From an uncultured Syntrophobacterales bacterium (GTDB lineage: Bacteria; Desulfobacterota; Syntrophia; Syntrophales; UBA5619), in assembly GCA_903928915.1 (NCBI GenBank), contig CAIYSL010000098.1:35179-99178 (forward strand): DNA of 64,000 bases, in the 5' to 3' direction. A program made the position numbers and the translations under genes. Shown here piece after piece: positions 43,237 to 53,110 of this stretch (position 1 is its first letter; each line of letters begins with the position of its first letter). The notes under the pieces were generated by a model. It saw only the letters and a list, made by a program, of their open reading frames with translations. It searched no databases and was not told where the DNA came from.

Positions 43237-45225
43237 TTAAAACATCGGGATGACGACCAGATACGCGACGACGACGATCGCGCCGACGATGATCGCGAAG
43301 GCGTACTCCTGGACGTAGCCCGTCTCGACCCTCCGCAGCCGTCCGGCCAGCCGCTGCAGCGCATCGGCGGTGCCGTTGATCGCCCCCTCGATGATCCAGC
43401 CGTCGGCGACCTTCAGCAGGAAGGCGCCCAGCCGCTGCACCCCCCGGACGAACACCCGTTCGTACAGCTCATCCACGAAATACTTGTTTTCCACCCACCG
43501 GTGCAGGCCGGCGAAGCTTGCCGTGAACCGCCCGGGCAGGGCGGGGTTTTTGACATAGAACAGGTAGGCCAGGAAGATCCCCACCAGGGCGATCGCCACC
43601 GACAGGGCCATCAGCAGCATCTCCAGCGACGATTCATGGCCTGCGGCGCCGCCGGAGGCCCAGGCGGTGCTCACGAACCCGAAGGCCGTCTGCGGCTGCG
43701 CCGGCGCCGGGGCGCCCTGGCCGAACACCGGGGCCAGAAACTGCTCGATGGCGTTCGAGCCCCCCAGCACGTGGGGTACGCCCACGTACCCGCCGACGAG
43801 CGACAGGGCGGCGAGGATCACGAGCGGGACGGTCATCACCCGGGGCGACTCATGGATGTGGTGCTTCACCTCGTCGGAGGCCCGGCAGGTTCCGTGGAAG
43901 GTGCCGAAGAGCAGGCGGAACATGTAGAAGGCCGTCATCCCCGCCGTCAGCGCGGCGAGGCCCCAGATCAGCAGATAACCCTGCGAGGCGCTGAAGGCCT
44001 TCCAGAGGATCTCGTCCTTGCTGAAGAACCCGGAAAAGCCGGGGATTCCGGCGATGGCGAGGCAGGCGATCAGGAAGGTCCAGTAGGTGACCGGGGTCTT
44101 CTCCCTGAGGCCGCCCATGTTCCGCATGTCCAGCTCGCCGCTCATGGCGTGCATCACGCTCCCCGCCCCGAGGAACAGGAGCCCCTTGAAGAAGGCATGG
44201 GTCATCAGGTGGAAGATGCCCGCCGCGTAGGCCCCGACCCCCATGGCGATGAACATGAACCCGAGCTGACTGATCGTGGAGTAGGCCAGGATCTTCTTGA
44301 TGTCGTTCTGGGCGAACCCGATCGAGGCGGCGAAAAAGGCGGTGAGAACGCCGATCGTGGCCACCACCAACAGCGTGTCCGGCGCCATGCGGTACAGGAA
44401 GTTGAGCCGAGCGATCATGTAGACCCCCGCGGTCACCATCGTCGCCGCATGGATCAGCGAGCTGACCGGCGTAGGGCCTTCCATGGCATCGGGAAGCCAG
44501 ACGTACAGCGGGATCTGGGCCGACTTCCCCACTGCGCCGACGAAGAACAACAGCGTGATGATCGTGACGAGCGGTCCGTCGAGGAGCTGGGCGTGCTGCC
44601 CGATCTGAGCGAAATTCAGCGTCCAGACCCCCTTCATCCCCAGCGAGACGAACAGCAAGAAGATGCCGATCAAAAACCCGAAATCCCCGACCCGGTTCAC
44701 GATGAAGGCCTTCTTGCCCGCGTCGGACGCGGAATCCTTCTCGTACCAGAACCCGATCAGCAGGTAGGAGCAGAGCCCCACCCCCTCCCAGCCGACGAAC
44801 ATCACGAGGAGGTTGTTGCCCGTGACCAACAGGAGCATCATGAACACGAACAGGTTCAGGTACAGGAAAAACCGCTTGAACCCGGGATCGTCGTGCATGT
44901 AGCCGACCGAGTAGACGTGGATCAGGAACCCCACGCCCGTGACGACCAGGCACATAATCACCGACAGGGCGTCGAGGCGGAACCCGATCGCGACCTGGAA
45001 CTGGCCCGAGGTGATCCAGGGGTACAGATCCATCTCGAACACCCGCCCCGCGCCGGGCAGGCGGAGGAACTCGGCAAACACCAAGGCCGCGGCGATGAAC
45101 GAGCAGAAAATGGCCAAGCAGGCGACCCAGGAGACCGCAGACTTGGAGAGCCTGCCGCCGAAGGCGCTGTTGAACAGAAATCCCGCGAGGGGGAAAAAAG
45201 GGATCAGCCAGATGTAGTCTGCCAT
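43237..45225 (-). CDS. nuoL: NADH-quinone oxidoreductase subunit L
   Basis: 662 aa. WEGVGLCSYLLIGFW, LPDAMEGPTPVS, and a long C-terminal amphipathic/TM extension. Confidence 0.9.
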   Translation of the reverse strand: MADYIWLIPFFPLAGFLFNSAFGGRLSKSAVSWVACLAIFCSFIAAALVFAEFLRLPGAGRVFEMDLYPWITSGQFQVAIGFRLDALSVIMCLVVTGVGFLIHVYSVGYMHDDPGFKRFFLYLNLFVFMMLLLVTGNNLLVMFVGWEGVGLCSYLLIGFWYEKDSASDAGKKAFIVNRVGDFGFLIGIFLLFVSLGMKGVWTLNFAQIGQHAQLLDGPLVTIITLLFFVGAVGKSAQIPLYVWLPDAMEGPTPVSSLIHAATMVTAGVYMIARLNFLYRMAPDTLLVVATIGVLTAFFAASIGFAQNDIKKILAYSTISQLGFMFIAMGVGAYAAGIFHLMTHAFFKGLLFLGAGSVMHAMSGELDMRNMGGLREKTPVTYWTFLIACLAIAGIPGFSGFFSKDEILWKAFSASQGYLLIWGLAALTAGMTAFYMFRLLFGTFHGTCRASDEVKHHIHESPRVMTVPLVILAALSLVGGYVGVPHVLGGSNAIEQFLAPVFGQGAPAPAQPQTAFGFVSTAWASGGAAGHESSLEMLLMALSVAIALVGIFLAYLFYVKNPALPGRFTASFAGLHRWVENKYFVDELYERVFVRGVQRLGAFLLKVADGWIIEGAINGTADALQRLAGRLRRVETGYVQEYAFAIIVGAIVVVAYLVVIPMF

Positions 45226-45299
45226 CGATTCATATCCTCGTTAAGCTCCGGCCCCGGCCGGGTCGGTCTCTGTGCGCAGCCTGCCGCTGCGGTACGGCG

Positions 45300-45611
45300 T
45301 CACCCCTTGAGCAGGTCGATTTCGTAGGGATCGATCGTGTTGCGCTGCCGGAAGACCATGACGAAGATCGCCAGTCCGACCGCGGCCTCCACGGCGGCGA
45401 CGGTCATGATGAAGAACACGAACACGGAACCGTCCATCGACGCGAGGGTATTGGCGGCGGCGATGAACACGAGGTTCACGGCGTTCAGCATCAGCTCGAT
45501 GCACATGAAGACCACGATCACGTTCCTGCGCAGGATCGCCCCGACCGCCCCGATCGTGAAGAGGACGCCGCTCAAGATGAAACAGACCGTGGTAGAGAGT
45601 TCCGGCAACAT
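45300..45611 (-). CDS. nuoK: NADH-quinone oxidoreductase subunit K
   Basis: 103 aa, three TM helices. [11 protein letters not shown] motif. Confidence 0.9.
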   Translation of the reverse strand: MLPELSTTVCFILSGVLFTIGAVGAILRRNVIVVFMCIELMLNAVNLVFIAAANTLASMDGSVFVFFIMTVAAVEAAVGLAIFVMVFRQRNTIDPYEIDLLKG

Positions 45612-45623
45612 AGGGCTCCTTTG

Positions 45624-46157
45624 TTACTTCCGCTTGGAGATGACCACCGCGCCGACGATGCCCACCAGAAGCAGGATCGACGCGATCTCGAAGGGAAAGA
45701 GGTACTCGCCGTACAGAAGCGCGCCGACCGTTTTCACGTTTCCCGCGCTGTTGACGGCGGCCGTGGAAAGGCCGCCGCTCTTGCCGGTCACCTGGAACAG
45801 GAGCGCCCCGAACAGCAGCTCGGCGAGCAGAATCGCGGTGATCACCGCCCCGGCGATCCGGACCGTCTTCGAACGCCGCGCCGCGGCGGGTGCGCTCTCG
45901 TCGCCCCGCTCCATGTGGACGAGCATGATCACGAACAGGATCAGCATCATGATCGCGCCGGCGTACACCATCACCTGCGCCACGGCGATGAACTGGGCGT
46001 TGAGCAGCAGGTAGATGACGGCCATCACGACGAAGGCGGCGATCATCCACAGCGCGCTGTGGATCGGGTTTTTCCGGGTCACCATCATCAGCGAGGTGAC
46101 GATCACCGCGGCGGCCAGCGCGATGAAGGCGAGGTCTTTCAATCCTAGTGCATCCAT
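45624..46157 (-). CDS. nuoJ: NADH-quinone oxidoreductase subunit J
   Basis: 177 aa membrane protein. YAGAIMMLILFVIM motif. Correct operon position. Confidence 0.85.
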   Translation of the reverse strand: MDALGLKDLAFIALAAAVIVTSLMMVTRKNPIHSALWMIAAFVVMAVIYLLLNAQFIAVAQVMVYAGAIMMLILFVIMLVHMERGDESAPAAARRSKTVRIAGAVITAILLAELLFGALLFQVTGKSGGLSTAAVNSAGNVKTVGALLYGEYLFPFEIASILLLVGIVGAVVISKRK

Positions 46158-46160
46158 AGA

Positions 46161-46568
46161 TCAGCCCTTATTGGAGGAAAGCAGCCTTTCCTTCGTCAGC
46201 AGAAAATCCGCGCGGGTCTCGTGAACGTACTCGTAATCCTGGCCCAGCCGGATGGCGTTGACCGGGCAGGCCTCCTGGCAGAAGCCGCAGAAGATGCAGC
46301 GCAGGGCGTCGATCTCGTAGGCGCCGGGAGTGCGGGTGCCGTCCGCGCGCTCGCTGATCGCAAGCGATATGCACCGCGCCGGACAGACGGCGACGCACAG
46401 TCCGCAGGCGACGCAGGTGGTCTCCCCGGCGGGGTTCTTCTCGAAATAGTGCATCCCCCGCCACCGCGGCGAGATGGCACGCCTCTCCTCGGGATACCGG
46501 ATCGTAACCTGCGGGGAGAAGAACATCTTCAGCGTCAGTCGAAGGCCTTTGAGCAGGGGGAGGATCAT
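46161..46568 (-). CDS. nuoI: NADH-quinone oxidoreductase subunit I (2x[4Fe-4S])
   Basis: Two CxxCxxCxxxCP motifs (CVACGLCVAVCP, CIFCGFCQEACP). Start set at ATG 46568, preceded by AGGAGAG right after the nuoH stop; the track start 46598 overlaps nuoH. Confidence 0.9.
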   Translation of the reverse strand: MILPLLKGLRLTLKMFFSPQVTIRYPEERRAISPRWRGMHYFEKNPAGETTCVACGLCVAVCPARCISLAISERADGTRTPGAYEIDALRCIFCGFCQEACPVNAIRLGQDYEYVHETRADFLLTKERLLSSNKG

Positions 46569-46581
46569 CGTCACCACTCTC

Positions 46582-47568
46582 CTAACGAAGCGCCACAACG
46601 AGGGCGGTTACCAGCACGTTGAGGAGCGCCAGGGGGAAGAGCACCTTCCACCCGAATTTCATGATCTGGTCGTACCGCATCCGCGGGAAGGTCCCCCGGA
46701 CCCAGATGAAGAAGAAGCACACCCCGCACACCTTGATGAAATACCATACCGGTCCGGGGAAGAACGGCCCCAGCCAGCCGCCGAGGAACAGGGTCACCGC
46801 CAGCGAGGCCACGGTGACCAGATGGATGTACTCGGCGATCATGAACAGGGCGAACTTCATGCTGCTGTACTCGATGTTGTATCCGCAGGCCAGTTCGCTC
46901 TCCGATTCGGGCATGTCGAAGGGTATCCGGTTGATCTCGGCAAGCCCGGCCACGAGGTACAGGATGAAGGCAAAGGGCTGGTACAGGACGAACCAGACGT
47001 CCCGCTGTGCCGCAACGATGTCGGTGAGGCGGAGCGACCCGGCCAGGATGACCGCCCCGATGACAATCAACCCCAGGGCCACCTCGTAGCTGATCATCTG
47101 GGCCGCCGCCCGGAGCGCGCCCCACAGGCCGTACTTGTTGCCCGACGCCCATCCCCCCAGGACCACCCCGTACTCGCCCAGGGTGGCCAGGGCGAAGATC
47201 AGCAGGATCCCCACGTCCACGTCGGCGATCACCAGCGCGATCTCCCGGCCGAACAGGTACACCCGGTCCCCGAAGGGGATCAGCGCGAACATCGCCAGCG
47301 CGGTGACGAAGGAGATGATCGGCGCGATCAGGTAGACCCCCTTGTCGGCCTGGCTGGGGATGATGTCCTCCTTCAGGAACGATTTGATCCCGTCGGCGAT
47401 CGGCTGGAGGAGCCCCCACCAGCCGACGCGGTTCGGTCCCGGCCGCACCTGGAGATAGCCGAGGAACTTCCGCTCGACCAGCGTCATGTATGCGACGAAG
47501 AGCATCAGGCAGGAGATGACGACCAGGTTCTTGATGACGATTTCCAGAAGATAGTACAGCTGCTGCAT
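46582..47568 (-). CDS. nuoH: NADH-quinone oxidoreductase subunit H
   Basis: 328 aa. ERKFLGYLQVRPGPNRVG and IPFDMPESESEL signatures. Confidence 0.9.
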   Translation of the reverse strand: MQQLYYLLEIVIKNLVVISCLMLFVAYMTLVERKFLGYLQVRPGPNRVGWWGLLQPIADGIKSFLKEDIIPSQADKGVYLIAPIISFVTALAMFALIPFGDRVYLFGREIALVIADVDVGILLIFALATLGEYGVVLGGWASGNKYGLWGALRAAAQMISYEVALGLIVIGAVILAGSLRLTDIVAAQRDVWFVLYQPFAFILYLVAGLAEINRIPFDMPESESELACGYNIEYSSMKFALFMIAEYIHLVTVASLAVTLFLGGWLGPFFPGPVWYFIKVCGVCFFFIWVRGTFPRMRYDQIMKFGWKVLFPLALLNVLVTALVVALR

Positions 47569-47577
47569 TGCGATCCC

Positions 47578-49980
47578 CTACGCCCGTGTTGCCGATACCG
47601 CGATCACCTTGGCCGCTGCCGGCGCCAGCGCCAGCACATCGCTCCGCTGCCGGAAGAGGAAACACTCGATCACGCCCCGGCCGAGCCCCGCCTTCACGGT
47701 CACGGGCCGCACGACCGCGCCGGAGGCGCTCTCCATCCGGAGCGCATCCCCGGTGGCGACACCGAGCGCCGCCGCGTCCTCGGGGCCGATGCAGAGCATG
47801 TCCTTCTGCACCCGCCCGACGCCCGTTGCCTCGCAGGCGGCGCCGGTCAGGTGGTGGCTGACAAAGAGGTCCCTGAGGATGAGGCGGTAGGGACGCTCCG
47901 GGGCTGCGGCAGGGGAAGCCGCCGGCGCCGCAGCCGCCAGGAACCTTCCGCGCCCGCCGCTTCGCTCCTTCGCCAGGAGCCGCTTCACCAGGTCGCCCAT
48001 CAGTTCATCGCCGTTGTACCGTTTTCCCCCCAGACGGCCCAGGAGTTGCCGCAGGAATTCCGGCCCGCCGGCTAGACCGGCAACGGCCCGCTTGAGGGCC
48101 CGCGGTGTGCCGTCGCCGGAGACGACCGTGCCCTCCTTCTCGGCGAAGCTCGCGGCGGGGACCGTCAGTCCCGCGGCCGCGGTCGTCTCCGTCGGGAAGA
48201 GGTCGCAGGCGAGGATGAATTCCTTCGTGGCCAGGGCCTTGCGCACGGTCTCCCCGTTCAGGTACTGGAAGGGGTCCTCTTCGTACAGAAAGAGCCCCGC
48301 CGTATCGGCGCCGGCCAGGACCTCCTCGGGCGAGGCGAGGGGGCCGAGTATTGCCGCGGCTCCGCGGGCATTCGCCTGGAGCGCCGTGGGGATGATCGTC
48401 CCCCGCTCCGGCAGCCCTGCCAGCAGGCAGAAATTCAGGAGCGCCTCCAGGCTCGCGTCGCAGCCGCTGATCCCGGAGCCGAACACCACGCCGATCCGGG
48501 AGGCCTCGCCGATCAGCCGGCAGGCCTTCTCGACGGTCTCGTCCGCCGCCGGGGAAGCAGATGCCGCCAGCAGGGACTGCCGGTACTCGGCGAACCCTTC
48601 GAGCCCCTCCGCCGACTGCGCGGCACGGCCCGCCGCGAGCAGGCTCCCGGCGAGCCGGTCGAACAGCGCCGCATCCCCGCCCGGCGCCACCCGCAGGTGG
48701 GCATCGGCGATCCGCGCCGGCGCGGCGTCGAGCGGATCGACGCAGATGACGCGCGCCCCGCTCTTCTTCACCGCCTCCCGGATCCGGTTCGCCAGCAGAT
48801 GGTTGTTGATCAGGAGGTCCGCGCCGGCCACGACGATCAGGTCGCAGCCGGCAAGGCCGTCATACCCGCCGGGAAGGCCGATCCCCCGGCGTCTGAACGC
48901 GGCGGCGACTTTCCCCGTATGGGAGAAGGCCGACGAGGCGAGGGCGGTCTTTTCCAGCCTGCCGGCGATCTCGGAGATCAGGAACAGCTCTTCGTTGGTG
49001 ACCCGGGGCGAGACGATGAACCCGATCCCCTTCCCTTCCGCGGAAAGCCGGCGCAGGTTGTCGGCGGCCGTGGCGACGGCCGCGGCGAAGTCGATCGTCC
49101 GGTGTGCCGAGCCCTCGCGCAGGACCGGCTGGCGCAGCCGCGCGGGGTGGTCGATGAACCCGTACCCGAACCTGCCCCGGACGCACAGCGAGGCGTCGTT
49201 GGGGTCGAGGCCGGTCCTGCCGAGCACCTTGGTGACGGTCCGGCCGTCGATCACATCCAGGACCAGGCGGCAGCCGAACCCGCAGTGGGGGCAGGCGGTC
49301 TCCACCCGGCTGGTCTGCCAGGGGCGGCTCTTGAGGGGGCTCAGGTTCTCCGTCAGGGCACCCACCGGGCAGAGGGAGAGGCACTCCCCGCAGGAGATGC
49401 AGTCGTCGCGGTCGCTGGGGGTGATGTGCCCGGCGAACCCCTTCCCGGCGAGGTCGATGGCCCTGCGGCCCGACACCTCCCGGCAGGCGCGGTAGCACCG
49501 GCCGCAGAGGACGCACCGGAGCTGCCAGTACCGGATCAGCGGCGTGGCGTAGGGTTCTGCGTCGTCCTTCCGGGGGGCCGCGTAGTCTGCCTTCTCGATC
49601 CCGTATTCGTACACCAGGTCCTGGAGCCGGCACTCGCCGCCCTTGTCGCACTGGGGGCAGTCCAGGGGGTGGGCGACCAAAAGCAGCTTGACGATCTCGC
49701 GCCGCATCCGCGCCAGCCGCTCCGAGCGGGTCGTCACGGAGATCCCCTCCGCCGCCGGCGTGGTGCAGGCGGTCATCGGTTCGGCGAACCCGTCGACCTC
49801 GACGACGCAGAGCCGGCAGGCGCCGAAAGGAAGCAGGCTTTCGTGGTGGCAGAGGGTGGGGATCTCGATGCCCCCCGCGCGCGCCGCCTCCAGGATCGTC
49901 GTGCCCGGGCCGGTGGTGATTCTCTTGCCGTCGATGGTCAGCGTTATCATAGTCCCCGTCAGTCCTTCGCTCGCGCTCAT
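47578..49980 (-). CDS. nuoG: NADH-quinone oxidoreductase subunit G (2Fe-2S, 4Fe-4S clusters, cofactor-less molybdopterin-oxidoreductase fold)
   Basis: 800 aa. ITLTIDGKRI...CHHESLLPFGACRLCVVEV (N1b), CPQCDKGGEC, CISCGECLSLCP, CPHCGFGC, then Mo-bisPGD-like domains. Alternative start ATG 49950 (MITLTIDG). Confidence 0.9.
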   Translation of the reverse strand: MSASEGLTGTMITLTIDGKRITTGPGTTILEAARAGGIEIPTLCHHESLLPFGACRLCVVEVDGFAEPMTACTTPAAEGISVTTRSERLARMRREIVKLLLVAHPLDCPQCDKGGECRLQDLVYEYGIEKADYAAPRKDDAEPYATPLIRYWQLRCVLCGRCYRACREVSGRRAIDLAGKGFAGHITPSDRDDCISCGECLSLCPVGALTENLSPLKSRPWQTSRVETACPHCGFGCRLVLDVIDGRTVTKVLGRTGLDPNDASLCVRGRFGYGFIDHPARLRQPVLREGSAHRTIDFAAAVATAADNLRRLSAEGKGIGFIVSPRVTNEELFLISEIAGRLEKTALASSAFSHTGKVAAAFRRRGIGLPGGYDGLAGCDLIVVAGADLLINNHLLANRIREAVKKSGARVICVDPLDAAPARIADAHLRVAPGGDAALFDRLAGSLLAAGRAAQSAEGLEGFAEYRQSLLAASASPAADETVEKACRLIGEASRIGVVFGSGISGCDASLEALLNFCLLAGLPERGTIIPTALQANARGAAAILGPLASPEEVLAGADTAGLFLYEEDPFQYLNGETVRKALATKEFILACDLFPTETTAAAGLTVPAASFAEKEGTVVSGDGTPRALKRAVAGLAGGPEFLRQLLGRLGGKRYNGDELMGDLVKRLLAKERSGGRGRFLAAAAPAASPAAAPERPYRLILRDLFVSHHLTGAACEATGVGRVQKDMLCIGPEDAAALGVATGDALRMESASGAVVRPVTVKAGLGRGVIECFLFRQRSDVLALAPAAAKVIAVSATRA

Positions 49981-51929
49981 CCCAGGGCCACCATGCCGAT
50001 CCGATAGCAGCGCAGACAGCGCGCCGCCTCGCCCACGGCCTCATTCAGCCGGAAGGCCGCCTCCACCTCGACGAAGCTCTTCTTGCGCTCCTCCGGGGGG
50101 AGCATCGGCTGATGCGCCCGCTTCACGCCGCCCACGAGGCTGATCTTTTCCTTCCTGTTGTACACCTTGATCGCGCCGAACAGGGCCTTGAACCGCTCTT
50201 CCTCCGTCGCCTCAGGCTTATGGCCCTTGAGGTAGGCATCGATCTTCTCGGCGGCGCGCTTGCCCGTCCCGGTGGCCTTCACCAGGACATCGGGGCCGGT
50301 GATGCAGTCGCCCGCGCTGAACACCCCCCGCTGCGACGTGGCGAAGGTCTCTGCGTCGGCGTCGATGGTGTTCCACTTCGTCAGCTTGATCCCCTCCTTC
50401 TCTTCGAGGAAAGAGAGATCGACCTTCTGGCCGATGGCCGGGATGAGGATGTCCGTCTCGATCACGAACTCCGACCCCTTGACCGGCACGGGCCTGCGGC
50501 GGCCGCTCGCGTCGGGCTCGCCCAGCTCCATCCGGATGCACTCCACCCCCACCACCTTGCCGTTTTCGGCGATGATCCGCGTGGGGTTGCAGAGGTAGTG
50601 GAACTTGACCTGTTCCTGTTCGGCGTCGTGGATCTCCACGGGGTCGGCGGGCATCTCCTTGATGGTGCGCCGGTAGACGAGGTTGACGTCGTCCTTCCCG
50701 ATCCGGAAGGAGGAGCGGACGCAGTCGATCGCCACGTTGCCGCCGCCGACCACCACCACCTTCTTCCCCTCGGGGTAGGGGTCCCGCCCCTGGCTGATGT
50801 CGAGCAGGTACCGTACGCCCGGGATGAACCCGCGGTATCCCTGCTCCTCGCCCTCCACCCCCATGGGCATGCTGTCCTGGGCGCCGACGCCGATGAACAC
50901 CGCCTCGAAATCCCGCCTGAGTTCCCCGATCGTGACCTCCCTGCCCACCTCGACGCCGTAGCGGATCTCGACCCCCGCCCGGCGGACGAGGTCCACCTCG
51001 CGCCGGAGAATCTGCCGGGGCAGGCGGAAGTCGGGGATGCCCACCGCGGCCATGCCGCCCGGCTCGGGGAGCTTCTCGAAGATCGTGGGCTGGTACCCCT
51101 TCAGGGCCAGGTAGTAGGCGCAGGAAAGCCCGGCCGGGCCGGCCCCGACGATGGCCACCTTCCGGCCGCTCCCCCCCGCGCCGGCGATCCCGGGATCGAC
51201 GCCCTTGTCGATCTCGTAATCGGCGACGGAACGCTTGAGGTCCTTGATGGCGATCGCCTCGTCCACGTTCGCCCGCCGGCAGTTCGATTCGCAGGGGCGC
51301 ACGCAGACCCTCCCCAGGGTCCCGGCCATGCAGATCCGCTGGCGGATCGTGGCGAGCGAATCGCCGAACCGCTGCTCGCCGATCTCTTCCACGTAGGTGG
51401 GGATGTCGAGGCTGCTCGGGCAGACGCTCATGCAGGGGGCCGTGACGGCGTACCGGTACCGCTCCGGGGCGGCCTTCCTCCCGCCGGATATGGCATCGGC
51501 AAAGGCCCCGGGGAAATACCGCAGCGCGTCGAGGAGGGGGACCATGCCGGTCTGGCCGATCTGGCACTTCGACCCCTCGCGGATGTTGAACGCCAGCTCG
51601 GCGATCCGCTTCACGTCCTCGTGCCTGCCCCGGCCGGAGGCGATCTTTGCGAACAGGTCGCTGACGATCCGCGAACCCACCCGGCAAGGGAAACACTTTC
51701 CGCAGGACTCCTGCTGGACGGCCTCGGCATAGCCGGCGCACATCCCGACGATGTCCGCATCGGCGTCGCGCAGGATGATCCCGTCCCACCCCAGGAAGGC
51801 CCTGATCCGCTCCCCGGGCTGGAATTCCGGCGGCAGCTTCACATTCGCCGGCTGCTTCCGCTCGCCCTCGCCGGCCGTCCGGTTGTCCACCACCTCTCCC
51901 TGCCAGGAGCTGAAAACGATATCTTCCAT
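49977..51929 (-). CDS. fusion protein: NuoF C-terminal (4Fe-4S N3-type) domain plus GltD/NfnB-like FAD/NAD(P)H oxidoreductase, in the position of nuoE/nuoF
   Basis: 650 aa. ILRDADADIVGM...ESCGKCFPCRVGS...GSKCQIGQTG is the NuoF tail. PCMSVCPSSLDIPTYV...GRVCVRPCESNC are the GltD-type Fe-S sites. VAIVGAGPAGLSCAYYL and VVVVGGGNVAIDC are two dinucleotide folds. Stop overlaps the nuoG ATG (ATGA). Confidence 0.85.
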   Translation of the reverse strand: MEDIVFSSWQGEVVDNRTAGEGERKQPANVKLPPEFQPGERIRAFLGWDGIILRDADADIVGMCAGYAEAVQQESCGKCFPCRVGSRIVSDLFAKIASGRGRHEDVKRIAELAFNIREGSKCQIGQTGMVPLLDALRYFPGAFADAISGGRKAAPERYRYAVTAPCMSVCPSSLDIPTYVEEIGEQRFGDSLATIRQRICMAGTLGRVCVRPCESNCRRANVDEAIAIKDLKRSVADYEIDKGVDPGIAGAGGSGRKVAIVGAGPAGLSCAYYLALKGYQPTIFEKLPEPGGMAAVGIPDFRLPRQILRREVDLVRRAGVEIRYGVEVGREVTIGELRRDFEAVFIGVGAQDSMPMGVEGEEQGYRGFIPGVRYLLDISQGRDPYPEGKKVVVVGGGNVAIDCVRSSFRIGKDDVNLVYRRTIKEMPADPVEIHDAEQEQVKFHYLCNPTRIIAENGKVVGVECIRMELGEPDASGRRRPVPVKGSEFVIETDILIPAIGQKVDLSFLEEKEGIKLTKWNTIDADAETFATSQRGVFSAGDCITGPDVLVKATGTGKRAAEKIDAYLKGHKPEATEEERFKALFGAIKVYNRKEKISLVGGVKRAHQPMLPPEERKKSFVEVEAAFRLNEAVGEAARCLRCYRIGMVALG

Positions 51930-51937
51930 CGCAGTCC

Positions 51938-53110
51938 CTATCTGTCGATCTCCCCGAGCACGATGTCGATGCTGCCCACGGCGGCCACCACGTCGGCGAT
52001 CATCTCCCCGACGATCATCCGCGGCAGCGCCCCGAGGTTGGCGAAGGAGGGGGTCCGAACCCGCATCCGGAACGGCTTGTTGGTGCCGTCGCTGATCAGG
52101 TAGAACCCGAGCTCCCCCTTCGACGATTCGATCGAGGAGTACACCTCGCCCGCGGGGGGCGCGAACCCCTCTTCCATCAGCTTGAAATGGCGGATCAAGG
52201 CCGCCAGGTCCTTCCCGACCGCGTCCTTGGCCGGCGGCACCACCGTCGGCAGGTCCGCGGCCACGGGTCCGTCCGGGAGCCGGTCCGCCGCCTGCGCGAC
52301 GATCCGGAGCGACTGCCGCATCTCCTGGAGCCGGACGAGGTACCGGTCGTACACGTCGCCGCTGGTCCCCAGCGGGACCGAGAAATCGAACTCCTCATAG
52401 CTCGAGTAGGGGTAGGCCTTCCGGACGTCGTAGTTCACCCCCGACGCCCGAAGCGGCGGCCCCGTGACCCCATAGCCGATGCACTCCGCGCCGGAGAGGG
52501 GGGCGATCCCCCGGGTCCGCTTCTTCCAGATGATGTTCTCGGTGAGCAGGGTCTCGTACTCGTCCACGTGGCCGGGAAACGACGCGATGAAGGCGCGCAC
52601 CCGCGGCAGGAAGCTCTCCGGGATGTCCGCGGCCAGCCCGCCGATCCGCACGAAGCTCGGGGTGAGCCGGGCGCCGGTGACGAGCTCCATCGCCTCGATG
52701 ATCTCCTCCCGCTCCCGGAAGGTGTAGAACAGGGCCGTCATCGCCCCGAGGTCCAGGGCGTGGGTCCCCAGCCACAAGAGATGCGCCGCGATCCGCTGGA
52801 GCTCCGCCAGCATCACCCGGAGGTACTGGGCCCGCTTCGGGATCTCGATCCCCAGGAGCTTTTCCACCGCCAGGCAGTAGGAGAGGTTGTTGGAGAACCC
52901 GCTGGTGTAGTCCATCCGGTCGGTGAGGGTCAGGGCCTGGGGGTAGGTCATCGACTCGGCGAGCTTTTCGAGCCCCCGGTGGAGGTACCCGATGTGGGGC
53001 ACCACCGAGACCACGACCTCGCCGTCCAGCTCCAACAGCAGCCGGAGCACCCCGTGCGTCGCCGGGTGCTGGGGCCCCATGTTGATCGTCATCAGGTTCG
53101 TTTCAGACAT
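51938..53110 (-). CDS. nuoD: NADH-quinone oxidoreductase subunit D
   Basis: Start at [24 protein letters not shown] (ATG 53110); the longer track start would overlap nuoC more deeply. Ends ...GSIDIVLGEIDR. Confidence 0.9.
   Translation of the reverse strand: MSETNLMTINMGPQHPATHGVLRLLLELDGEVVVSVVPHIGYLHRGLEKLAESMTYPQALTLTDRMDYTSGFSNNLSYCLAVEKLLGIEIPKRAQYLRVMLAELQRIAAHLLWLGTHALDLGAMTALFYTFREREEIIEAMELVTGARLTPSFVRIGGLAADIPESFLPRVRAFIASFPGHVDEYETLLTENIIWKKRTRGIAPLSGAECIGYGVTGPPLRASGVNYDVRKAYPYSSYEEFDFSVPLGTSGDVYDRYLVRLQEMRQSLRIVAQAADRLPDGPVAADLPTVVPPAKDAVGKDLAALIRHFKLMEEGFAPPAGEVYSSIESSKGELGFYLISDGTNKPFRMRVRTPSFANLGALPRMIVGEMIADVVAAVGSIDIVLGEIDR

Noticed and set aside
40191-43253. 1020-aa plus-strand ORF
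   Set aside because: It lies antisense to nuoN and nuoM, which have unmistakable membrane-subunit sequences. The translation is low-complexity His/Asp/Glu/Arg/Gly-rich. Long stop-free antisense frames are expected in DNA of this G+C content.
47578-49980. Possibility that the NuoG-like protein is a formate dehydrogenase or selenoprotein
   Set aside because: The frame is uninterrupted. The region where FDH-type enzymes carry the Mo-ligating Cys/Sec reads ...KTALASSAFSHTG... with no Cys or UGA. The operon context is complex I, so I treat it as a cofactor-less NuoG.
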